From the NCBI GenBank assembly GCA_905193585.1, contig CAJJPG010000001.1, forward strand, positions 1 to 42,589: 42,589 nt of DNA. Direction: 5' to 3'. The DNA is from an uncultured Oscillospiraceae bacterium (GTDB lineage: Bacteria; Bacillota; Clostridia; Oscillospirales; Acutalibacteraceae). The position numbers and the translations under genes were made by a program. Position 1 is the stretch's first letter. Every line of letters begins with the position of its first letter. Positions 27,931 through 37,300 of this stretch are shown here, piece after piece. Below the pieces are notes generated by a model. That model saw nothing but the letters and a program-made list of their open reading frames with translations. It was not told the DNA's origin and made no database searches.

Positions 27931-28821
27931 TTATTTGATTCCGGAATGAGACATTGTGTTCATAACCCTTGACTGACAAATAATGAATAAAATAAGATTC
28001 GGTAAAAACATTATAAGGCTCGCCGCAGCGGATACCCCCTGCCCGGCAACTCCGCCCGCGCTTGAAAGGTTAGACATATAAAACGTGAAATTTTTAAGCA
28101 CCTCGTTATTTATAAAGAGATTGGAAGCCTCCGTGGCATTCCATCCGCTTTGAAAGCTCATAATAACTACGGTTGCAATGGCGGGAGACACCAGCGGCAC
28201 AATAATTTTGCGCAAAATGCAATAATCGTCCGCTCCGTCAATAACCGCAGCCTCTATAAGTGCGTCGGGCAGCTGGTCTATAAACTGCTTGACCAAAAAA
28301 ATACTCGTGGGTGATACCAAAAGCGGTATAACGTGCGCAAGAAAATTATCCTGCAAACCGGTGTATACAATAATAAAATACCTCGGAATATTAACCGCTA
28401 TGGAAACAAACATAAGCGCCACGGTATTGATGTTGAAAAGGAAATTACGCAGCCTGAAATGTTTTTTTGAAAAGACATATCCCACGCTCACCGCAATTAT
28501 AACATTTCCCAGAACCACAAGCAGGGTTGAAAGAATACTGTTAAACAGATACCGCGACGCGGGAACAGATGTATCCGAGGAAAGCGAAAACAGCATTTTG
28601 AAATTCTGAAGGGTAGGCTGTTTAACATAAAACCTCGGCGGATAGGCGAAGAGTTCGTCTATCGGTTTAAATGCATTCATAAAAATAAACAGTATGGGCA
28701 GACCCATTATTACGGCTATCGGTATAAGATAGGCGTGAAATTTCAGCTGTCCTACCGAAAACTTTTGCGGGTTTATGCCGTTTCGCTTAATACTGTTGCG
28801 TTTGCTTTTTGTCCGTATCAC
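27931..28821 (-). CDS. CUT1-type carbohydrate ABC transporter permease (MalG-like)
   Basis: 296 aa, multi-TM, with EAA loop LIEAAVIDGADDYCILRKIIVPLVSP. GTG start with RBS GAGGAAAGGA. Confidence 0.9.
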   Translation of the reverse strand: MIRTKSKRNSIKRNGINPQKFSVGQLKFHAYLIPIAVIMGLPILFIFMNAFKPIDELFAYPPRFYVKQPTLQNFKMLFSLSSDTSVPASRYLFNSILSTLLVVLGNVIIAVSVGYVFSKKHFRLRNFLFNINTVALMFVSIAVNIPRYFIIVYTGLQDNFLAHVIPLLVSPTSIFLVKQFIDQLPDALIEAAVIDGADDYCILRKIIVPLVSPAIATVVIMSFQSGWNATEASNLFINNEVLKNFTFYMSNLSSAGGVAGQGVSAAASLIMFLPNLILFIICQSRVMNTMSHSGIK

Positions 28822-28841
28822 CGTATTGCAGTCCTTTCCTC

Positions 28842-29741
28842 TTATTCATCGCTGCTGCCGAAAAGCTTTTGCGCGCCGTTTGACATAAGCTTTATGCCCA
28901 AGATCATTATAATCGATACCGCCGCCGCATAGCCCATTTCGTAACGCAAAAATCCGTAGTCCTCTATATGGGTCGCTATAAGCTGACCCGCATAGTTAGG
29001 CGTGGGGTTTGAACCCGAAAGAGCAGTTCCCACCCCGCTTGAAGAAAATGTGTTTACTATCGCCATTATCGCTCCGAAAAGCATTTGCGGCTTTGAGGAC
29101 GGTATGGTTATGTAAATAATCTCCTGAAAACGGTTTTTTATGCCGTCTATATACCCTGCCTCGTAAAGCTCGGTGTTAACGTTTAAAATGCCGGAAAGTA
29201 TTGCAAGAAAGCCTACGCCCATGCTGCTCCATAAAGCCACAAGTATCATAATAGGCAATAAATACTTGTCGGATTGCAGCCACGCTATCGGCTGCTCGAT
29301 AATATTCAGCTTTGTCAAAGCATAATTAAGATACCCGCTTTTGTCTCCGTTGAATATTACTCCCCATACTGTAGTCAGCAATACGCCGCCCGTCATTGAC
29401 GGGGAATAAATAATTACCGTAAGTATCGTTCGTACCCGCTTTGTTACCTGTGCTAAGGACCATGCCAGAAAAAAGCCGAGAATATAACCGCCTATGCCCA
29501 CAAACAACGAATATACAATGGTGTTCGGCAAAACCTTTTGCATGAATATCTGGTCGTTTGTAAACAGCTGCATATAGTTTTTAAGCCCTATCCACTTGGG
29601 AAATTCAATGGTATTGAACTGTGTGAACGAAAGGAATACAGATGCCGCAACCGGTAAAACGATAAACAGAATAAATAAGATTACATAGGGGAACGTAAGT
29701 ATAAAAACGGAATGTTTATTTAAAAGCTTTTTCATTTGCAT
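28842..29741 (-). CDS. CUT1-type carbohydrate ABC transporter permease (MalF-like)
   Basis: 299 aa, multi-TM, with EAA-like loop LYEAGYIDGIKNRFQEIIYITIPSSKP. RBS AGAGGG. The start may be the third codon (ATG at 29735). Confidence 0.9.
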   Translation of the reverse strand: MQMKKLLNKHSVFILTFPYVILFILFIVLPVAASVFLSFTQFNTIEFPKWIGLKNYMQLFTNDQIFMQKVLPNTIVYSLFVGIGGYILGFFLAWSLAQVTKRVRTILTVIIYSPSMTGGVLLTTVWGVIFNGDKSGYLNYALTKLNIIEQPIAWLQSDKYLLPIMILVALWSSMGVGFLAILSGILNVNTELYEAGYIDGIKNRFQEIIYITIPSSKPQMLFGAIMAIVNTFSSSGVGTALSGSNPTPNYAGQLIATHIEDYGFLRYEMGYAAAVSIIMILGIKLMSNGAQKLFGSSDE

Positions 29742-29749
29742 TGCCCTCT

Positions 29750-32629
29750 TTATTTATTCGCATACAGTATTTTATCGGAATTTGTGGTGTAATCCTTTAT
29801 CTTTGTCCCGCGTTCGTCACAGTAGCCGAATTCCAGCAGCTTACGCAGAATTTCGCGGTCTGACGATACCACCGCATTATCCACCGCGTCGGAAAATTCC
29901 ATACCGTTTACAACTATGTTCGTCCAAATATTGCTTATATCGCGCTCTATCATATAATTGGCGGGATGATACATAACCTCTTTCTGCCATTCCCACTGCT
30001 TAAGGATCACTTTCTTGTGGTTTTCTGGGAGCGGCAGCTCCGCAAACGCCTTTAAATTGGCGGTAGACCAGAAATATTCAGGTCCGTAAGTACCTGTCAG
30101 CAGCTGTGCATATTCCGACTGAATATCATCGGAAAGCCACCATTTAAGGAATTTCCACGCCATATCGCTTTTCTTAGTGCTTTTAAATATCATACAGGCG
30201 GTGCTGTCAGCCGATTGCCAACGCACCGTTTCACCGTTTTTATCAGTCCCGGGAGTAAGCGCAATGTCCCACAGCCCGGATAACTCTGGAGCTGCGTAGG
30301 TAAGCTGCAAATATAATCCCATATCGCCTATCGCAATAGGAATTTCGCCGTATCTGAAGCTGTTATAAAGGCTCGGAACAGATTGCTGCATACCGTAAAC
30401 CGTGTAAAGCTCCGTCATTTCGTGAAAAGCTTTTTTGCACTCCGCACTCCTGTAATCAACCGAAAATCCGTCATCCGAAAGTATTTTAGCTCCGTTTTGG
30501 AAAATAAACGGCGTCGTTACGGGAAAAGATTTATAGCCTGCCGAGCCCGACAGCGGAATATAAAAATTCATCTGATGCCGCAGCAGGGTAGGCATTAGGT
30601 ATTTAACATCCTCCCATGTATCGGGAACACCTATTCCGAGAGACTCAAAAATATCCTTTCTGTAAAAAAGCACATTGAAATTCTGCGTTTCAATTACGCC
30701 GTAGACGCCGTCATTATAGCATACAGGGGTCAAAGCCTCGGGATTGTAGCAGGATGTATAAAAGGAAAGAAAATCTTCGTATTCCAAAAGGTTTTTCGCC
30801 GAATTTCTGATAGCAAAGTTAAAGGGTGTTGAGTAGCCCACTCCCATTGCAATATCGGGATTTGTACCCGACGCGTTTGCAAGTATAAGCTTTTGCTCGC
30901 TCGGCATTATGGAAAGCCTTATGTTCGTTCTGTTTTCCTTATTAAAGGTATCGTCCAGCAAGCTCTGCATGGTTTCCGTGTACTGAACCGAGCGGTTTAC
31001 CCAAACCTCAAGCTCGCCGTCGGGCTCGGCGGAATACGTGTTGTAGTCCTTTGCGAAAGTTCCGAAAAATTCGGATATACTCTCAAAAAGCACCGTAAAA
31101 AAGCCCGCTTTGCCCGACGGGAGCGTTTTTCCCGAATTAAAATAAATTCTGTCAATACTGAGCGGCGAGGAAATAAGCTGCGAAAGCACATCGCCCAAAA
31201 ATTTGGTCACCGAATTATCACCCACATTTAAAAGCTCAAGCTTATTAGGCAAAACACGGGGCTTTGCAAGGAGCTTTTTAAGCAGCGAAGAGGCATATTC
31301 AAGCGAATCGGCAAAAGTTGCGTCAGAGCCTGACAAATCGCAAAGCTTTTTGTAAACGGAATCTATTCTTTCCGAGGCTGCTTTAAGCCGCGGAATTGCT
31401 TCCGGCATTACAACGTCCATATCCCACGTACGGTTGGCGTCAACCGAGCCCGCCGAAAGTTTTTTCAGATCCATTCCTACAGAATTGATTTCACTCATTA
31501 CCGATATTATTTCATCATAAATTTCCCTGAAACCGCCTAATGTGACCTGCATTGAAATTGTATGTGAACCCTCTTCAAGATAAATTTCAAACGGTTTACC
31601 GTCTTTACCGCAGAGGGTATAATTTTCGTATTCATTTGTTCCCGTCACGGGAAATGTAACCGATTCAAACTCGGCAAACGGCGTTATGCCGTCAATTTCG
31701 ATTTTTCTGAATACCGGTTTACCGGCATTGCTTGACTGGGAACAGCGGAACGCAAGCTCGTAAAGCCCGCTCTTTTCCACCGAAAAATTCCAAAGCACCT
31801 TTTGCCCCGCCGACGACCAAGAGCCGCCGTCAAGTAACGCCACGCATTTTTTACCGCTTTTGTGCGGTGTAACGGCGGCGTTTTTTGAAAGGCCGCTCCT
31901 GATATAGGATTCCGATTTAAGCGTATGGTTTTCGCCCTCAACCGTTAAAAGATTGTTTACTCCCTGTTTTTCGGAAATACTTTTCTTGTATTCCTCATAT
32001 GTATCCGTATCGCGCGGCTTTATAAAGCTTATCCCTTTAATTTCAATTTCACCGGACAGAGCCTTAAGCACAAAGCTGTTGTTTCCGCTCTCAAGTTTTA
32101 CTGTTAACCTATCTGCACCTATATCGCCCGAATCAATTAAAAAATCGCTTATGTATTCCGAAACGCATATCTGGCGCGGGACGATTTCATTGCCGTTCAT
32201 ATCCTGCTCGTAGGTTTTCGTCTCGTCACTCCAGAGAACAGGCAGACCTACCGTTAACGTCTTGTTATTAAACGAAAGCTCGTATTGCGGTTCTCTGTTC
32301 TCTTTTCCGCTTATGCGGTAATTTACCAAAATATTATATTCTCCGCTTTTAAAAGCCTCAGCGGAAAAAGCGACCGTCCCGCCCTCTGCCGCCGTAAAAG
32401 GCAGCGTGACGGTACGGCTGCCGTTCACTTCCGTTATTGCAGCCGAAATATCTCCCGAATTTTCATTCAAAGCGGTCGCGTTCCACCCCTTAAGAGAAGC
32501 AGCGGTATAAGACGCTTTGCCTGCCGATTCAACCGTTTTCTGCACTGCCGCCGAAAAGGGCGCGCTGAATGTTGAGGTAAATAAAGCTATTACCGTTATT
32601 GCAGTACAGAGCTTGATTCTTTTCATCAT
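29750..32629 (-). CDS. Giant (~960-aa) extracellular solute-binding protein with N-terminal CBM-like beta-sandwich modules
   Basis: Signal/anchor MKRIKLCTAITVIALFTSTFSAPFSAA. The first ~400 aa contain two jelly-roll-like segments (GEYNILVNYRISG.., GLYELAFRCSQSS..FRKIEIDG). The C-terminal ~430 aa look like a family-1 sugar SBP (ELEVWVNRS.., GTNPDIAMGV, NVLFYRKDIFESLGI.VPDTWEDV). The track ORF extends to 32641; the ATG at 32629/32626 has a GGTGA RBS. Confidence 0.8.
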   Translation of the reverse strand: MMKRIKLCTAITVIALFTSTFSAPFSAAVQKTVESAGKASYTAASLKGWNATALNENSGDISAAITEVNGSRTVTLPFTAAEGGTVAFSAEAFKSGEYNILVNYRISGKENREPQYELSFNNKTLTVGLPVLWSDETKTYEQDMNGNEIVPRQICVSEYISDFLIDSGDIGADRLTVKLESGNNSFVLKALSGEIEIKGISFIKPRDTDTYEEYKKSISEKQGVNNLLTVEGENHTLKSESYIRSGLSKNAAVTPHKSGKKCVALLDGGSWSSAGQKVLWNFSVEKSGLYELAFRCSQSSNAGKPVFRKIEIDGITPFAEFESVTFPVTGTNEYENYTLCGKDGKPFEIYLEEGSHTISMQVTLGGFREIYDEIISVMSEINSVGMDLKKLSAGSVDANRTWDMDVVMPEAIPRLKAASERIDSVYKKLCDLSGSDATFADSLEYASSLLKKLLAKPRVLPNKLELLNVGDNSVTKFLGDVLSQLISSPLSIDRIYFNSGKTLPSGKAGFFTVLFESISEFFGTFAKDYNTYSAEPDGELEVWVNRSVQYTETMQSLLDDTFNKENRTNIRLSIMPSEQKLILANASGTNPDIAMGVGYSTPFNFAIRNSAKNLLEYEDFLSFYTSCYNPEALTPVCYNDGVYGVIETQNFNVLFYRKDIFESLGIGVPDTWEDVKYLMPTLLRHQMNFYIPLSGSAGYKSFPVTTPFIFQNGAKILSDDGFSVDYRSAECKKAFHEMTELYTVYGMQQSVPSLYNSFRYGEIPIAIGDMGLYLQLTYAAPELSGLWDIALTPGTDKNGETVRWQSADSTACMIFKSTKKSDMAWKFLKWWLSDDIQSEYAQLLTGTYGPEYFWSTANLKAFAELPLPENHKKVILKQWEWQKEVMYHPANYMIERDISNIWTNIVVNGMEFSDAVDNAVVSSDREILRKLLEFGYCDERGTKIKDYTTNSDKILYANK

Positions 32630-32713
32630 AATAATCACCATAGCATTTAGAATTAAAGATATAAAATCAAAAGGTTATAATCGGCAGACAGACATTTTTA
32701 ATGCGTTAAGCCC

Positions 32714-34333
32714 TTATCCCTTAAATTCGGACTGAACCTTTTTAAGCTTAGTCTCAAAATCGGACCATTTCTTTGTTATTTCCGAATTTGTCTTAGCCTG
32801 AAGAGACGGAATTATCGAATCCACATCGGCATTGTCCTTGCCCTCCATAGCAGCACTGATAATCTTTATTATATCTTCCCAGCCGGGAACTATTTTAAGC
32901 AGATCCGAACGGTAGCCGTTTCCTGTATTTTCAAAGAAGTAGATATCAACATCCGTAACGCCCGGCAAGGACTTGAATTTTTCGGCAACTTCCTTGTTGT
33001 TTACCGTGGGATAGAAAATACGGCTGTTAAGCGCGTATTTGCCCTTATTTTTGGCGTCATACATACTAAGCCTTGCAAGATTGCCCTCGGTGCTGTATGT
33101 CATATAGCGCAAAACCTGGAACGCCGCGTTGGGATTTTTAAGGTTGTTGGCGCTTGTTGTCATAAAGCAATGGTCAATATGAACCGGTATACGCCCCTTT
33201 ATCGCCTGCGGATAGGGATAAAGCTTCCAGTTAAACTTGCAAATAGACTTTAAGTTATCTACCGCCCATGTTCCCTGCTCAAAATGTACAAGGGTTCTGC
33301 CGAGTTTGAACGCCATATCAACAACGCCGGTGTTTCCGTTTCCGAATTTGCTTACATAGTCGTTTATGTTCGGAAAACGCAGGCTGTATGCCTCAAGCCC
33401 TGCAGTTTTTTTGAGATTTTGATTTAATTTGAGCGCCGCACCGTAGCTTGAAGCCATTTCAAATTTTTTGGTCTTGACATTATACCCGTAAGGACCGCCG
33501 TCGGCAGTAAAGCTGCCTGCCGTTTCCGCAGGAACCGCACCGAGATATTCGCAGCCCGAGAATTTATCGGTAGTTCCCGTTTTGAGGACATTTTCAAGCT
33601 CCTTCATATTCCACGAAAGGCTCGGTATATCCATATTCAACTCGTCAAATGCGTCCAAATTCAGAACCACGCCGCTGTAATGCGCCTGATGCGGCAAAGC
33701 GTAAAGCTTGCCTAAATACGTATAGTTAGCAATCAGAGATGACGGTATATTACTAAACGCCTTATCGTTTTTAACAAACTTATCAAGCGGATAGACCCAC
33801 CCCTGAACCAAATAGTTCGGAAGTCTTCCCGCATCGTCAAAAACAACGTCCGGCATATTTCCCGCCATAGCACGGGACGCCAAATAATGGTTTGTTTCAT
33901 CTGCGTCGGCGCCGTGCTTGGGTCTGTAATCAAGCACAAGGTCAATATTCGGATAAACCGCGCTGAACGCGTCAAGCATTGCCTCGTAATCGCACGGGCG
34001 GTAGGATGATACCGCAACCTTGACCGTACCCGAAGCCTTATAATCAGCATCGGGATCGGTTCCCGCACCCTCTACGGTCAATTTGTTTTTACTCGGTGTG
34101 AATTTCTTTTCGGGCTTGCTGCCGGTATCCTTGCTTGAAGCGGTACTGCCCTTGCCGTCGGTCTTGCCGCCGGACGCGGTGTTTTCGCCGTCAACCTCTT
34201 CGGTTATCCAGTATTCGCTTGCGTAGTCGCTGCCGTTTCCCGCTATCTTTACGGTTCTGCGGCATCCGACAGCCGAAAGCATAATGCCGGAAATCAAGGC
34301 GAATGATAAAATTTTTATAGCTGCTGTTTTCAT
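32714..34333 (-). CDS. Lipoprotein sugar ABC solute-binding protein with long low-complexity tether
   Basis: The start is reassigned to the ATG at 34333 (MKTAAIKILSFALISGIMLSAVGC), a signal peptide with a lipobox-like AVGC and RBS GAGAGG. This removes the overlap with the upstream gene. A ~90-aa G/S/T/K/D-rich linker precedes a family-1 SBP-like body. Confidence 0.85.
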   Translation of the reverse strand: MKTAAIKILSFALISGIMLSAVGCRRTVKIAGNGSDYASEYWITEEVDGENTASGGKTDGKGSTASSKDTGSKPEKKFTPSKNKLTVEGAGTDPDADYKASGTVKVAVSSYRPCDYEAMLDAFSAVYPNIDLVLDYRPKHGADADETNHYLASRAMAGNMPDVVFDDAGRLPNYLVQGWVYPLDKFVKNDKAFSNIPSSLIANYTYLGKLYALPHQAHYSGVVLNLDAFDELNMDIPSLSWNMKELENVLKTGTTDKFSGCEYLGAVPAETAGSFTADGGPYGYNVKTKKFEMASSYGAALKLNQNLKKTAGLEAYSLRFPNINDYVSKFGNGNTGVVDMAFKLGRTLVHFEQGTWAVDNLKSICKFNWKLYPYPQAIKGRIPVHIDHCFMTTSANNLKNPNAAFQVLRYMTYSTEGNLARLSMYDAKNKGKYALNSRIFYPTVNNKEVAEKFKSLPGVTDVDIYFFENTGNGYRSDLLKIVPGWEDIIKIISAAMEGKDNADVDSIIPSLQAKTNSEITKKWSDFETKLKKVQSEFKG

Positions 34334-34337
34334 TTGG

Positions 34338-37300
34338 TTACCTCTCTTTTCTTTTTTTGAAAACCTTGAAATACCCCACTGCGGCAAGATAAGCCATGCT
34401 TACCGTTAAGGTGAAAATTGAGATCAGGCGGTATTTCCCGTCTTCGCCCGTTTTCGGATAATTTACGCCGTTTCCGTTTGAATACGTATACGTGTCCTCT
34501 GCGTCCGCCTCTTTTAAGACCGAATGCAAAGCGGGGTAATTATCGGGAGAAAATCCCTCGGTGTTATATTCCTCCGTATCGGGCAGAGCGGTTATTGAAA
34601 GATTGTCGAAATACGCTGCGTTCATATTTGTGGTTATGCTGATATATCCGCCGCCCCTGTATTCATCGGGAATAATGGTTTTCAATACCGGCTCGCGGCC
34701 ATCCACCGACATTTCGGCTATGCCGTCCTTAACCGTCAGCTTCATTGTATGTCGTCCCGTATATTCAAAATTTTCATACGGCGTGGTATGCCCCGCAGAT
34801 ACATCGTTGCCCCAGAAAAGCGGGCGTCCCTCCTGTTCAAGGTAAGCGAGTATTCCGCTGCCCTCGTCAAGCGGGTATGCGGCGGGATCGTCAATACCGA
34901 AGCCTATCATTGCCCAGTAATAGGTGTTTGAGGCACGCTGAAAATCAACCGTGAGCTCGAAATTTTCGTATTTGCGGCCCTTGTAAACAAGCGAGGACAT
35001 TTCCGTTTTTGCCTTTTCCCAGCTCCATTCGCCGCTTGATTTCACCGAAAATTTATTGTCTATTCGGTGCAGTCGCCCGTCCGCTATCTCCCACGTTTTC
35101 ATAGAATCGCTCTTTTTAAGCGCGTCTGAAAATATACTTGAATAATAGCATTCAAAATTTTCGGTTATCTCGCTTTTTCCGTTAAAATCAAACTTAACGG
35201 TGTTTTCGTCTATCAAATCCTTATCCCCGGTAACGTTTATAACTCCCTTAAGGGTCACGCCGTTACCGTAAAGCTTAATATGATTTTCAAGCAACGAATC
35301 GGGAAGTATGCCGGTCACGGTATATTTTCCGCGTTTATAGCGGTTGTAGCCGTCAAAATCCCACTCTATCGGGGCTGTGTAAATCACTCCGTCGGCAGCC
35401 TTTACCCTGACCGTTTTCGGTAAACCGCTTATTTCCGATGTATCCGTTCCGACATCGGCGTTTATCTCCGGGCTTTCGGAGATTATTTTTTCTGCCGTAA
35501 CTTTGGTTACGTCGTTATTGTTTAGCGGACGTATTTTCAAATTTTTAAAGCAGCAGATATTAGCCTTGCCCACAAGAGCTATGTATCCGTCCATATCGGT
35601 ATCGCCGAGCTCGCAGCTGATAGGCGCGGGCAGCGACTCTCCGTCAGCGCCCGTAACCGACATTGTTACGGTATTGTATTCCACGGTAAGTTTCAGGGTA
35701 TGAACTCCCGTGCGGTTGTAACCCGCCGCAGGTTCTTTTCCCACTATGTTTGTATATTTGCCATTGATTTGTCCCAAAAACATCGGCGTTCCCTCAGCCA
35801 CGGGGAAAACAGCCAGTCCGCCGCCGCTCTTTGTAATATATTCGGCGGGATTTTTAATTCCGAATACCACCATAGGGTAATTATATTCGCCCACCTCATC
35901 GCGCTGAATATCTACCGTCAGCTCAAAGTTATGGTATTTCCTTTTTGCAAAAAGCAGGGATGAGAGATATTTTTCGCCCCATTTCATATCGCCGACCGTT
36001 TCCTTAGTACGTGCAATTCCCTTTTCGGAAATTTCCCAAAACGGCGAATATGAATTTTGAATTTCAAGTCCCCTTTCCGCATCATCGGCATAGTAGCAGT
36101 CAAACCCCGCCGTATCGTCGCTTGATGTAAGCGGCAGGCTTATCTCGTCGTCCTTGCCGTAAACCGTAATCCGTACTGCCGCGGTTTTTCCCTGACATTC
36201 CGCCGTAATAACGGCGCTGCCCTTTTTCCTTGCCGAAACAACTCCGTTTTTAACATCGGCTACAGCTGAATCCGACGTACCCCATTTTACGGTGTCGTCC
36301 CCCGTTATTTTGGCAGGACTGAAACACGGGTAATATGTTTCGGTCTCACCCTCGAATATATAATCGGATTCCCGACCGAGGGTAAAGCTTTCAAGAGGAC
36401 CCGGCAGCACTATTCTTTTTGCTATTTCCGCGGCTATAAAACCGTATCCGCTCTTTGTAGGATGAACCCCGTCGGCATACCACAAGGAATGTCCCTCTGT
36501 CAGCGAGTAAATGTCTATTACATCACACCCGGCAGCTTTCGCAATTTTCCTTTGCAGCGGCACTATTTCGTTCTTGACCGTCTCTGCCGAAATATCGTAA
36601 TTATCTGTTGCAACCGCAGGCGATAAGGCGACATATACCGTCGGGTTTGAAGGCAGCGCCTTATACTCCGCAATAAGCGCCTTGTAATCATCGGCATAGG
36701 AATCGTTCAAGCTCCAGTTTTGAGGCTTAGAATCGTTTGTGCCGAGCATTATTACAACTATATTCGGTGCAAAAGCCTTGCTTGCGGTGAAAGCACTTGA
36801 CGAGGTATAAGGATTATCCCCCGATTTTAAAAGGGTCGCCCCGTCAACACCGAAATTTTCAATATCGTATTTTCCGCCCAAAAGCTTACGCATTTGCCAC
36901 GGATAGCCCTGCTCTGTACCGGAGGCGTAGGTTATGCTGTCTCCCACACAGGCAACCCTTACAGGCGACAGATCTTCCTTGCCCTTAACCCTGACCTTTA
37001 TTTCAGCCGTACTGTCGCCTATTATTACGCGCGAATGTTTATCATAATCAATCAGCGGCGAAAGCGAGCCGATAAGCGTATATTCCCCGCGCACAAAACG
37101 GTTATAATTCGCTCTGCTCCACTCAACGTTCAGGGTATATTCCTCATTATCGCTTCCTACAATCTTAACGCTTTCGGGCAATTTAAGGTCTTCCGGCAAA
37201 ACGCCCGTTTCAACCTCAACCGCCGTCGGAGCTTTTACCCTCGCAATTGAAACGTTTTTCAGTTCTCCTTCCACTTCCTTAACAGAAAGTCTTGATAATC

